In this document: positions 46,610-55,196 of the stretch, piece by piece | How the letters are laid out: the number at the start of each line of letters is the position of its first letter | How positions within the stretch are numbered: the stretch's first letter is position 1 | Source of the DNA: Candidatus Dormibacteria bacterium | GTDB taxonomy: Bacteria > Chloroflexota > Dormibacteria > Aeolococcales > Aeolococcaceae | Length of the DNA: 64,000 bases | Assembly (NCBI GenBank): GCA_044450385.1 | Contig: JBIOIZ010000005.1 | Coordinates: 1,382-65,381, forward strand | Reading direction: 5' to 3' | Notes under the pieces: model-generated | Told to the model about the DNA's origin: nothing | What the model saw: only the letters and a program-made list of their open reading frames with translations | Databases searched by the model: none | Program-made: the position numbers and the translations under genes

Positions 46610-46634
46610 CCCCAACGCGAAGCGGCCGAGGCCG

Positions 46635-48215
46635 TCAGTCCCAGACCGGAGCTGGCTGATCAGTCACGGCGCCGTCCTCGGCAACGACGACAAAGCGGTT
46701 GAAGCGCCTGGCGAACCAGCGGTCATGGGTGACTGAGATCACCGTTCCCTCGAACTCGTCAAGGCCACGTTCGAGCGCCTCCGCCGAGTGCACATCGAGG
46801 TTGTCGGTTGGCTCATCGAGCAGCAGCAGTGTTGCGCCGCCAATTTCGAGCAGCAGTATGAGAAACCGCGCCTGCTGACCGCCGCTCAGGGTCGTGAAAT
46901 CCTGGTCGCCATGGCTGACCAGCTCATAGCGGTCGAGTGCGCGCATCGCGCCGGCTTTGTCGCGGCCGTGCTGGTGCAGCGACTCGACGAGCGTCGTGCC
47001 GCGCAACTCGGGATGCTCGTGCGTCTGCTTGAAGTGGCCAGGCGTGACCCGCGCACCGAGCACGAACCGGCCCTCGTGCGCAACCGCCTCGCCGGCGAAC
47101 AGCCGGAGCAGGTGGCTCTTGCCGGTACCGTTGTTGCCGAGCAGCGCGATGCGTTCACCGAATGTCACCTCGAGGTCGAACTGACGCACGAGACCGGGAA
47201 TCGCGAGCTGTTCGCAGGTCAGCACGCGCACCCCCGTGCGGCCACCACGCAGACGGATGCGGACATCCTGGCGGCGCGGTCGCTCCGCCGGTGGTCCGGC
47301 CTCTTCGAACTTGCGCAGCCTGGTCACTGCGGCTTGGAGGCGGCTGGCCATGGCGTCGCTCATCGTCGCCTGGATGCGCATGCGTCGCACCAGGTCTTTC
47401 AGGTGGACGTGCTCCTCTTCCCAACGCCGGTGCAGCTCGTCGAGCCTGCCCAGTCGCGCCTCGCGCGCCTCCGCATAGTCGGCGAATCCGCCGCCATGCA
47501 CCCACACTCCATGTCCCTCGAGGGTCACAACGCGGTTGGCCGTCTCGGCGAGCACCTGGCGGTCGTGGCTGACGTAGAGCACCGTCTTGCCGGTCGCGCG
47601 CAGCGCCTTCTCGAGCTGCCGTTTGGCCGTGACGTCGAGGTAGTTGTCGGGCTCGTCGAGCAGGAGTACCTCCTCGTCGCCGCGGAGCAACACCTCGAGC
47701 GCGAGCCGCTTCTGCTCCCCACCACTGAGCGTTGCCCCGAGCCGGTCCCGCACCGTCTCGAAGGACTCGCCGATGCTGCTCTCGCAGCAGACGTTCCAGG
47801 TCACCTCGGCTTCGTATCCGCCCGCTGACGCCCAGTCAGCGACGGCCTGCGCGTAAGCGGTCGCCACGGCACTGTCGTTGGGCTCCTCGGCGAGCCTGCG
47901 CTCGGCGGCGTGCAGTGCCGCGCCCGCGATGCGGATGGGTTCGGCCGCCAGCCCCAGCAGGAAATCCCGCACCGTCGTCGCGCCGCCGGTGCTGCCGATG
48001 AACTGGCGCATCACGCCGATGCCACCGCTGCTGCTGATGGTTCCGGTGTCCGGCTTGATGTCGCCGGCGATGAGGCGCAGCAACGTCGTCTTGCCGGTGC
48101 CGTTGGCGCCGACGAGCGCGACCTTGCTGCCCTCGCCGACACGAAAGCTCGCATCGCGGAACAGCGTGGTCCCGCCGATCGAGTAACTGAGCTCGCTGAC
48201 GTCGATGAATCCCAT
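46635..48215 (-). CDS. ABC-F family ATPase (tandem ABC domains, no TMD; EttA/Uup/ARE-like)
   Basis: Two Walker A motifs (GANGTGKTT; GNNGTGKSH) and two signature motifs (LSGGEQKRLAL; LSGGQQARFLIL). Start at MGFIDVSEL (48215). Confidence 0.85.
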   Translation of the reverse strand: MGFIDVSELSYSIGGTTLFRDASFRVGEGSKVALVGANGTGKTTLLRLIAGDIKPDTGTISSSGGIGVMRQFIGSTGGATTVRDFLLGLAAEPIRIAGAALHAAERRLAEEPNDSAVATAYAQAVADWASAGGYEAEVTWNVCCESSIGESFETVRDRLGATLSGGEQKRLALEVLLRGDEEVLLLDEPDNYLDVTAKRQLEKALRATGKTVLYVSHDRQVLAETANRVVTLEGHGVWVHGGGFADYAEAREARLGRLDELHRRWEEEHVHLKDLVRRMRIQATMSDAMASRLQAAVTRLRKFEEAGPPAERPRRQDVRIRLRGGRTGVRVLTCEQLAIPGLVRQFDLEVTFGERIALLGNNGTGKSHLLRLFAGEAVAHEGRFVLGARVTPGHFKQTHEHPELRGTTLVESLHQHGRDKAGAMRALDRYELVSHGDQDFTTLSGGQQARFLILLLEIGGATLLLLDEPTDNLDVHSAEALERGLDEFEGTVISVTHDRWFARRFNRFVVVAEDGAVTDQPAPVWD

Positions 48216-48313
48216 CGCGGTGCGACGATGCCATAACGCGCCCCGCCGGCCGGTGCGTTTAGGCTGGGACCTCAATTCGCAACGTTGAGCGAACACACCA
48301 AACGGGGAACAGC

Positions 48314-48700
48314 ATGAGCACCGCACAGCTCGACCAGCCGATCCGCGACGCGCTCGACCGCGGCGGCGTCATCGACATCACCACGAAGGGCCGCAGGACC
48401 GGCCGGCTCCATCGCATCGAGATCGTCTTCCACAGCTTCGGCGGACGGCTGTACATCAGCGGGATGCCGGGGTTCAAGCGGAGCTACATCGCCAACCTCA
48501 CGGCTGACCCGCACTTCACCTTCCATCTCAAAGGACCAGTTCATGCCGACCTCGCTGCCACCGCCCGGGTTATCAGCGATGACGCCGAGCGCCGTGAGGT
48601 CTTGCCCCACATCGCGCGCATCTGGAAGCGCGACGATCTCCCCGTCATGATCGAATCGAGTCCGCTGTTCGAGGTGACCATCGACGGCCCAGCCAGCTGA
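48314..48700 (+). CDS. Ddn/F420H2-dependent nitroreductase-family (DUF385) protein
   Basis: TTKGRRTGRLHRIEIVFHSFGGRLYISG is characteristic of the deazaflavin-dependent nitroreductase family and marks the genome as actinobacterial. Confidence 0.7.
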   Translation: MSTAQLDQPIRDALDRGGVIDITTKGRRTGRLHRIEIVFHSFGGRLYISGMPGFKRSYIANLTADPHFTFHLKGPVHADLAATARVISDDAERREVLPHIARIWKRDDLPVMIESSPLFEVTIDGPAS

Positions 48701-48882
48701 TGGTGGCGAGGCTCATCTACACGACGATCGCGTCCCTCGACGGCCATGTTGCGGACGCGACGGAAAGTTCGACTAGGCTGAGCCGGATGAGGTGCCCGCT
48801 CGTCAACGACGTCGAGCGGCGCATCGGCACCTACTCGAGGGGGTCCCCTCATCAGCCCGGAGCTGATCGGTCGCGCGAATGA
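48700..48882 (+). pseudogene. truncated RibD-C/dihydrofolate-reductase-like gene remnant
   Basis: MVARLIYTTIASLDGHVADA and LVNDVERRIGTY resemble the N-terminus of the bacterial DHFR-like (RibD_C) family. The ORF stops after 60 aa where full-length proteins are about 180 aa. TGATG overlap with the Ddn-family gene. Confidence 0.4.
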
Positions 48883-48914
48883 CGGCCGGCCGCTCAATCG
48901 CCGCCCCAAGCGTA

Positions 48915-49439
48915 TTACGCGGCGAGTTCCGAGGCCGGCTGCTCCACGATCGCAGGGCCACGCCCCGCCATCGCGAGTGCGACGCCGAAGACCGCCAGTG
49001 CGGCGGCGACAAGGCCAACAACCGGCTCGGGAAGAGTGATCCCGAAGAGTGAATCGAGCGAGTACGAACCGGGGCCTGTAATCCCCAGCACCGACCCGGC
49101 GACGAGGTAGAGGAGAGGCACCTCGACGCCGCCGCGCTGACCAAAGAATCCCTTGCCCCAGTGGAACGCGACGATCGCCATCAGCATCGCGGCCCCGACG
49201 CCGACGGAGCCGAGCGGGCTGAGCAGGCCCAGCGCGAGCAGCACGCCGCCGCCAACCTCGGATGCGACCGCGCCGGCAACCCAGATCGGAGCGGGACGGA
49301 AGCGCATGTGCACGAGGTGGTCCCGGAGGCCGCGGACACCCGGACCGCCCCACCACCCGAAGAGCTTCTGCGCGCCATGTGCCGCGAGGGCAGCGCCCAC
49401 TACGACACGAAGAATCAGCAAACCAGTGTTCATGAACAC
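48915..49439 (-). CDS. DoxX family membrane protein
   Basis: LLILRVVVGAALAAHGAQKLFGWWGGPG is the DoxX signature. 4 TM. Confidence 0.75.
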   Translation of the reverse strand: MFMNTGLLILRVVVGAALAAHGAQKLFGWWGGPGVRGLRDHLVHMRFRPAPIWVAGAVASEVGGGVLLALGLLSPLGSVGVGAAMLMAIVAFHWGKGFFGQRGGVEVPLLYLVAGSVLGITGPGSYSLDSLFGITLPEPVVGLVAAALAVFGVALAMAGRGPAIVEQPASELAA

Positions 49440-49530
49440 AGCTCCCAGACAGAAGTACTAACGTATGACCAGTAGCTTACTGATAATAAGCAGCTATGTC
49501 AAGCGTACGCGGCAGACGTATAATTGGTCG

Positions 49531-49920
49531 ATGGCTCTTGCACCTGATCCCGTCGACGTGGCTGCGGCTGACGCCGGGCACGATCCCGCGGCTGTCTGCA
49601 CCGTGTACCACCGGGCGATCGAGCTGATCGGCAAGCGCTGGACTGGAGCGATCGTCAGCATCCTGTTTCGCGGACCACAGCGCTTTCATGTCCTGGTCAG
49701 CGCCGTCCCGGGAATGTCGGAGCGGCTCTGCGCCGACCGCCTCCGCGAACTCGAGACCGCAGGACTGGTGTCGCGGCGTGTGCTTCCTGGACCGCCGGTG
49801 GGCGTCGAATACGCGCTGACCGAGGCCGGGCGAGACCTCAGCGAGTCTCTCGGGGCGCTGGGCAGATGGGCGCATCGCTGGCTTGCCCATGGAACCACGG
49901 CACCGCTGTCGGGCGACTGA
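49531..49920 (+). CDS. HxlR-family (MarR-like) transcriptional regulator
   Basis: CTVYHRAIELIGKRWTGAIVSIL...LSERLCADRLRELETAGLVSRRV. Divergent HxlR-DoxX pairing is classical. Confidence 0.75.
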   Translation: MALAPDPVDVAAADAGHDPAAVCTVYHRAIELIGKRWTGAIVSILFRGPQRFHVLVSAVPGMSERLCADRLRELETAGLVSRRVLPGPPVGVEYALTEAGRDLSESLGALGRWAHRWLAHGTTAPLSGD

Positions 49921-50033
49921 CCTCCTGCCGTTGGATGGGCCGGGGTGCGAACACCCGCAGTCGGTTTGCCCGCGGTCGGACTCTCCCGCTAACGTTGGTG
50001 GTCTTCAGGTGCCAGCATGACGAAGGGGAACCG

Positions 50034-50612
50034 ATGACCACGCTTGCGAATCGCCCGAACACGGCGCTCCTCGTCATCGACGTCCAGATTTGCGTTGTCG
50101 AGGGGACTCCCAGGCGCGACGAGGTCGTCGCCAACGTCGGCAGTCTTGTCGAAAAAGCCCGTCGGGAGGGGATCCCGGTCGTCTGGGTCCAGCACTCCGA
50201 TGAAAATATCGAAAGGGGAAGCGACGGCTGGCGGATCGTGCCCGAGCTGAGCCCGGGAGATGCTGAGCCGCTCGTCGAGAAGAACTACGGCGATTCATTC
50301 GAGGACACCAGCCTCGAAACCGTGCTGTCGGGCCTCGGGGTTGGCCATCTCGTCGTGGTTGGCGCACAGACCGATGCGTGCGTGCGCTCGACGCTCCACG
50401 GCGCCCTGGTCAGGGGCTACGACGCAACGCTCGTCAGTGACGCCCACACCACCGAAGACCAGACGGAGTGGGGCGCGCCGCCGCCGGAGCAGGTGATCGC
50501 CCATACGAACCTGTACTGGAAGTACCAGACGGCTCCGGGGCGGACCGCCGGGACGGTCGAGACCAGGGACGTCGAGTTCCGGCAGCCCGCTTTGAGCGCC
50601 GAGACGAGCTAA
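50034..50612 (+). CDS. isochorismatase-family cysteine hydrolase
   Basis: ALLVIDVQ...VVVGAQTDACVRST (catalytic Cys context). Confidence 0.75.
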   Translation: MTTLANRPNTALLVIDVQICVVEGTPRRDEVVANVGSLVEKARREGIPVVWVQHSDENIERGSDGWRIVPELSPGDAEPLVEKNYGDSFEDTSLETVLSGLGVGHLVVVGAQTDACVRSTLHGALVRGYDATLVSDAHTTEDQTEWGAPPPEQVIAHTNLYWKYQTAPGRTAGTVETRDVEFRQPALSAETS

Positions 50613-50890
50613 ACGCTCCCGCCCGACACCGCCGGCGCCACGAACACCTCCGACGCGTCGCGCACCGGCGTGTCCATCGGCGCTCCGCTCCTCACGCCCA
50701 CGCCATCGACGAACATGAGGACGTGGGGTCGGAGCTGTCCCTGCTCGTCGCGCAACCGGCGTTCGAGCTGAGGGAACCGGTCGGCGAGGTCGTCGAGCGC
50801 CGCACCCAGCGTGGCACCGCGGATCTCGACCTCGGCCTGCTCGTCGGCGTACCGCCGCAGCGCGGCAGGGAGGAGCAGCCGCGATGTCAC
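50609..50890 (-). CDS. MoaD/ThiS-family ubiquitin-like sulfur-carrier-like protein with 2-residue extension after GG
   Basis: 93 aa. ...HVLMFVDGVGVRSG...VFVAPAVSGGSV-stop. The start overlaps the upstream gene stop. Confidence 0.6.
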   Translation of the reverse strand: MTSRLLLPAALRRYADEQAEVEIRGATLGAALDDLADRFPQLERRLRDEQGQLRPHVLMFVDGVGVRSGAPMDTPVRDASEVFVAPAVSGGSV

Positions 50891-51984
50891 GCGATCCCGG
50901 CGACTCGAAGCGAGAGCACGTCAGGGAGATGTTCGACGATCAACGACCAGCTGTCTCCGCCGTCGCGGCTTGCGTACACCTCTCCGAGCCGGGTTCCGAA
51001 GTAGACACCAGCCGGGTCTCCTGAGTCGGCGACCATCGCGTCGCGAAGCACCGCGGCATAGTACGGGTCCTTCGGAAGTCCCTCCGAAAGGGGCTCCCAG
51101 CTGGTGCCCGCATTCTCGGTCCGGTACACGCGGCACTTGGCCTCCGGTGGAAACCGCTCGGCGTCCGCCTGGAGCGGAAACAGGTAGAGGGTGTCCGGCT
51201 GATGCGGGTGGGCCACCATGGCGAACCCGAAGTTGCTGGGCAGCCCCGATTCGACTGGCGCCCATGAGTCGCCGCGGTCCTCGCTGCGATACACGCCGAA
51301 GTGATTCTGGGCGAACAGCCGCTGCGGGCGGTCCGGGTGGAGCGCAACCTTGTGGACGCACTGTCCGAATTCCGGGAAGCGCTGATCCTCGGGGAGAAAG
51401 GCTGCCTGGATGCCACGGTTTGCGCGCGACCACGTTGCCCCGCCGTCCCGGGTTCGGTAGACGCCGGCCGCGGACATGGCGACCAGGACGTCGTCCGGGT
51501 CGGTGGGATGTGGCAGGACCGTGTGAAGGCACGCTCCGCCGCCGCCCGGGGTCCAGCTCGGCCGGTCTGGGTGGTTCCACAGACCCTCGACGAGCGCGAA
51601 GCTCTCGCCTCGGTCGTCTGATCGAAAGAGCGCGTGCGGCTCCACTCCGGCGTACACCACGTCCGGTTGCTTGTCGGTCCCCGGCTGAATCTGCCAGACA
51701 CGGGCGACCGAGGCGTCGCTCCCCTGCGGAAAGCCGATCGGAGGCTCCGCGGGTTCCGCCCATGACGTGCCGAGATCGTCCGAATAGGTCAGCAGCGGAC
51801 CCCAGTGCCCTGTCCCGACACCGGCGAAGATCCGCGGCGGGTCATGTCGCGTGTCGATCGCGACCGAATACACCTCCTGGTTGCGAAACTGGAAGTCATC
51901 GGCGGCCCAGGTGCGACGGTCGTCCGTGCTGCGCGCGATCATCAAGCCCTTCCGCGTCCCGATCAGCAAGATCGCCTGTCCCAT
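50887..51984 (-). CDS. BNR/Asp-box repeat beta-propeller protein (sialidase-like / Ycf48-like)
   Basis: Six Asp-box motifs: SDDLGTSW, SDDRGESF, TRDGGATW, SEDRGDSW, TENAGTSW, SRDGGDSW. Start at MGQAILLIGT (51984). Other frames over this region were rejected. Confidence 0.7.
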   Translation of the reverse strand: MGQAILLIGTRKGLMIARSTDDRRTWAADDFQFRNQEVYSVAIDTRHDPPRIFAGVGTGHWGPLLTYSDDLGTSWAEPAEPPIGFPQGSDASVARVWQIQPGTDKQPDVVYAGVEPHALFRSDDRGESFALVEGLWNHPDRPSWTPGGGGACLHTVLPHPTDPDDVLVAMSAAGVYRTRDGGATWSRANRGIQAAFLPEDQRFPEFGQCVHKVALHPDRPQRLFAQNHFGVYRSEDRGDSWAPVESGLPSNFGFAMVAHPHQPDTLYLFPLQADAERFPPEAKCRVYRTENAGTSWEPLSEGLPKDPYYAAVLRDAMVADSGDPAGVYFGTRLGEVYASRDGGDSWSLIVEHLPDVLSLRVAGIA

Positions 51985-52083
51985 CGGAGCCCCTCCAGGA
52001 GTTGCCGGATCGCGGCGCAGTCTAATACCCCTGATACAAAAGCCGCACAGCACAGATATGCGGTCCACCGCCCCGCTCGGAGA

Positions 52084-52434
52084 ATGACCATGGATCTGGA
52101 ATCCTTCGAACTGGTGCTGCTCCGCCGGCCCGACGCTGCTCCGGCGTACGACGAGGAAACCCTGCGGCGCATCCAGCGCGAGCACCTCGAGTACCACAGG
52201 GCACTTCGCGCGTCGGGCGATGTCGCCACCAACGGCCCGGTCATGGATCAGCGGGACGAGTCACTCCGAGGACTCACGTTCTACAAAACGGGCTCACTTG
52301 CACGAGCGCATGAGCTTGCGGAGGCGGACCCAGCTGTACGTGCAGGCCGCCTGGTCGTCGACGTGATGACGTGGCTCTGCCCTCCCGGCTCGATGGGGCA
52401 GCCGGGCCATCTGATCACGCTTCACGAGGACTGA
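52084..52434 (+). CDS. YciI-like (dimeric alpha/beta-barrel) protein
   Basis: 116 aa. FELVLLRRPD...EHLEYHRALRASGDVATNGPV. Confidence 0.55.
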   Translation: MTMDLESFELVLLRRPDAAPAYDEETLRRIQREHLEYHRALRASGDVATNGPVMDQRDESLRGLTFYKTGSLARAHELAEADPAVRAGRLVVDVMTWLCPPGSMGQPGHLITLHED

Positions 52435-52494
52435 CCTGCCGCGTCGGATGCGCGCGCATCATCGCGATGGGCAGACCGGCGGCGGTGTCGACGC

Positions 52495-54822
52495 TCAGGG
52501 CTGGACGGGTGCCGGATCGGACGGAGGGTCCTGTACCGGGATGATCGAGTGGGGGACCAGGAGATCCCGAACATGGTTGCGCAGCCCGCGGACAACGATG
52601 GCGTGCTCTCGTCGCCATCGGCGCGCGAAATACTCCCGGAATCCCACCGAGATGCCCGCGAAGAGCACGAACAGCGCGACGATGACCCACAGCGCGGAGT
52701 GGCTCACCGGAGCAAGCGGAGATCGAACGACGAGGGTGATGAGCAGGATCATCGCGACCCCGAATGTCGTCGCCCATGCTGGGAGACTCCAGTCCCTGAT
52801 GACGGCGCCGGGCAGGAACTGCAGCGGGAGCAAACCGATTGCCGTGCCCACGATGCCCCCGACCGTCAGCGATGCCAGGAAGTCGTCCAGGACGATGAGG
52901 CCGAAGAACGTACCCGGCCGCACCGCGACGTCTGCGACCGGCTTCCACGCGAGCCAGGCTCCAACGCACACCGCAAGCACGACGAGTGAAGCGGTCATCG
53001 TCACTCGCCCGGCTGGCGCCTTGATGAGAACGCCTTCGAGAGCGATACCGCAGACCACCCCATAGAGGTAACCAGGCTGGAAGTCAACCATGCGCGAGAT
53101 GATGACGCAGATGGCCGCAACAGCCAGACCGAGAGGAAGAGCCCGAAGATGCCGACGCGGTCGCCGGTGTTCGGCCTGAAAGTACAGGCCGCTGACAAGG
53201 GCGGTGATCACTGCCACAGTGGGAATGGCGAGGACGATCGCGACATAGCTGGCGACGCCCCTCGGGTTCGGTCCGAAGCGAGGATCGAGAAGAGCGCCGA
53301 ACAGCGCTCCGACGGCAATCACGGTGGCGAATGCGGGCAGCTCCGAGCGCCGGCCTGTGGTTCGGATCCGGGCCGTCACGGCGGGGTCGGGCGAAGAGCG
53401 CTGTTTAGGCCCGGTGAGAGCCCCGAACCGGCTCGGCAGAGCGCGCAGTCCTGCCCGCTTCCTCGCCATCCAGACCGCGATGATCGGGTAGTTCTCCTGC
53501 AGCGTCAGATTGAAGATCTGCGACGGGAAGGTGATGAACAAAACGCTGCCCGCAGCGATCGCCACCCCCACAAGCGCCGCCTGCGCACTGAGGACGTCGG
53601 CGAGCGTCGGCAATGACATCGCGAGCGCCGATGGACCACTGCCGCCGTCGATGATCGCGGGGATGATCGCAACGCTCCGCACCTCGAAGCCGCCGGTCGC
53701 GATGGTCCTGGTCGCCACGGGGCGCATCGGCGTCCGTATGTCGAACGCCGTCACGGTGTTGCCGGATTGCGAAGCGGCGCCGACCAGGCTGCCACCGTCG
53801 GTCACCCACAGTTGTTTCCCGTCAGGGGTGATCGCGGCTGCGGTGGGAACAGCGATTGAATCGCTGAAACCGTGGGGCAGCACAACCGGGGTCCGCGCGA
53901 CCGGCGTTCCGCCTGACAGGTCCACCGGTGTCACGGTCCCGCTGCCGCCGTTGGTGACGTACATCGCGGAGCCGTCGGGTGTGATGACTGCGACCTCGGG
54001 CGTTCTGCCGACCGCGATGGTGTGGGTGATTCCACCGCCCTCAAGTGAGACTGCCGTCACCGTGTTCCTGGCGGTGCTGGTGACATACGCCGTGGTCCCG
54101 TCGGGACTGATGGCGATGCTGGTTGGCAGTCGCCCGGCCGCGACCGGTGCCCCCAACGAAAACGAGCCGTCGCCGACATTGATGGGACGGATCGTGCCGT
54201 TGGCGGGAAGGACGACCCACGCTGTCGCACCGTCAGGTGAGAATGCGACGCCGCCAGGGGGACTGCCCACGTCGACGGCTCGACCGATCCGGAACGCGCG
54301 ACCGGCAATACGAAGGGGATAGACGTTCGAGGAACCGGTGTCCGCCACCAGCGCCGTGCGGCCGTCCGGAGCCAGCGCGAGGAACGCGTCGCCATGTCCG
54401 CCGATGTGAACCGGAGGAAGGACTCGTGGCGGTCGCGCCTGCAGATCGATCGGCGACAGCGTCCCATCCAGGATGTTGAGGACGAGCGCGAGGGAGCCGT
54501 CGGGGGTGATGACGGCGCCGTAGGGAGACCCGCCGAGGGTGACCGACTCGAGGTTCGCTGTCGCCGGTGCGCCCGAGGTCGTGATCACCGCGCTTCCATG
54601 ACAGTTCCCAGGTGCGATCGGCCCATTGCATGGGCTGTAGTTGTTGACGATCACCACGTTCCATCCCGTGCTCGTGGCCTGAGGGAGCTGACTTGCGAGG
54701 GCGACGGTGCCGAGCGCCATGAGCAACCAGGCCACCACGGCCAATCCGGCGGCGACGAGCCTCACCGTCTCGCGCGAGGTGTGATCGCTGTGGCCGCAAT
54801 GGCCGGTTGAAGGAAGCCTCAT
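52495..54822 (-). CDS. fusion protein: N-terminal signal-anchor + extracytoplasmic YVTN-type beta-propeller + C-terminal polytopic (about 8-10 TM) membrane domain
   Basis: Repeated ...SPDG..AYVTN/VAD blades (AISPDGTTAYVTSTARNTVTAV, VITPDGSAMYVTNGGSGTVTPVD, ITPDGKQLWVTDGG). The C-terminal 350 aa are strongly hydrophobic and multi-span. Confidence 0.7.
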   Translation of the reverse strand: MRLPSTGHCGHSDHTSRETVRLVAAGLAVVAWLLMALGTVALASQLPQATSTGWNVVIVNNYSPCNGPIAPGNCHGSAVITTSGAPATANLESVTLGGSPYGAVITPDGSLALVLNILDGTLSPIDLQARPPRVLPPVHIGGHGDAFLALAPDGRTALVADTGSSNVYPLRIAGRAFRIGRAVDVGSPPGGVAFSPDGATAWVVLPANGTIRPINVGDGSFSLGAPVAAGRLPTSIAISPDGTTAYVTSTARNTVTAVSLEGGGITHTIAVGRTPEVAVITPDGSAMYVTNGGSGTVTPVDLSGGTPVARTPVVLPHGFSDSIAVPTAAAITPDGKQLWVTDGGSLVGAASQSGNTVTAFDIRTPMRPVATRTIATGGFEVRSVAIIPAIIDGGSGPSALAMSLPTLADVLSAQAALVGVAIAAGSVLFITFPSQIFNLTLQENYPIIAVWMARKRAGLRALPSRFGALTGPKQRSSPDPAVTARIRTTGRRSELPAFATVIAVGALFGALLDPRFGPNPRGVASYVAIVLAIPTVAVITALVSGLYFQAEHRRPRRHLRALPLGLAVAAICVIISRMVDFQPGYLYGVVCGIALEGVLIKAPAGRVTMTASLVVLAVCVGAWLAWKPVADVAVRPGTFFGLIVLDDFLASLTVGGIVGTAIGLLPLQFLPGAVIRDWSLPAWATTFGVAMILLITLVVRSPLAPVSHSALWVIVALFVLFAGISVGFREYFARRWRREHAIVVRGLRNHVRDLLVPHSIIPVQDPPSDPAPVQP

Positions 54823-54946
54823 CCCGTGTCCCCATGACAGGTCGTGGGTGCTCCCTCAACCTCGGGCGATTATCCGCAGCAGGAGGGACCGGTCGCAAGA
54901 GGGTGAGCCTGGGGCCACCGCGGGACCACGAGGATTCCCTCACAGG

Positions 54947-55162
54947 TTACAGACGTTTATGACCTTTACTCGTGGGAGGCGCTGCGTCCGCGTCCGATCT
55001 GTCGCCTTGCGGCAGGGCACGGATGATGAACCCGATCAATCCGTCCGTTTCGGTGAAGGTCACCTGATCGCCCGAGGCCAGGTGGGTCGCCGTACCGCGC
55101 ACGCCCGGCGACCAGCCGTCGTGGTCTTCGGGTGTCCATATGCGCACCACAAACGTCTCCAT
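54947..55162 (-). CDS. hypothetical small protein (71 aa) between STAND regulator and propeller-membrane gene
   Basis: Intact ORF in the same orientation within a 125-nt gap. No recognisable motif and no clear RBS. Confidence 0.25.
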   Translation of the reverse strand: METFVVRIWTPEDHDGWSPGVRGTATHLASGDQVTFTETDGLIGFIIRALPQGDRSDADAAPPTSKGHKRL

Positions 55163-55196
55163 GCGTTAGAGCCTAGGAAGCCTGCTTTGAGCGGCC

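Noticed and set aside
46788-47828. 346-aa plus-strand ORF
   Set aside because: Antisense to the ABC-F ATPase gene.
50921-51763. Alternative minus-strand frames (50921..51763, 50940..51701) over the BNR gene
   Set aside because: Only frame 50887..51984 contains the six S-x-D-x-G-x-T/S-W Asp-box motifs. The others are Arg/Pro-rich artefacts.
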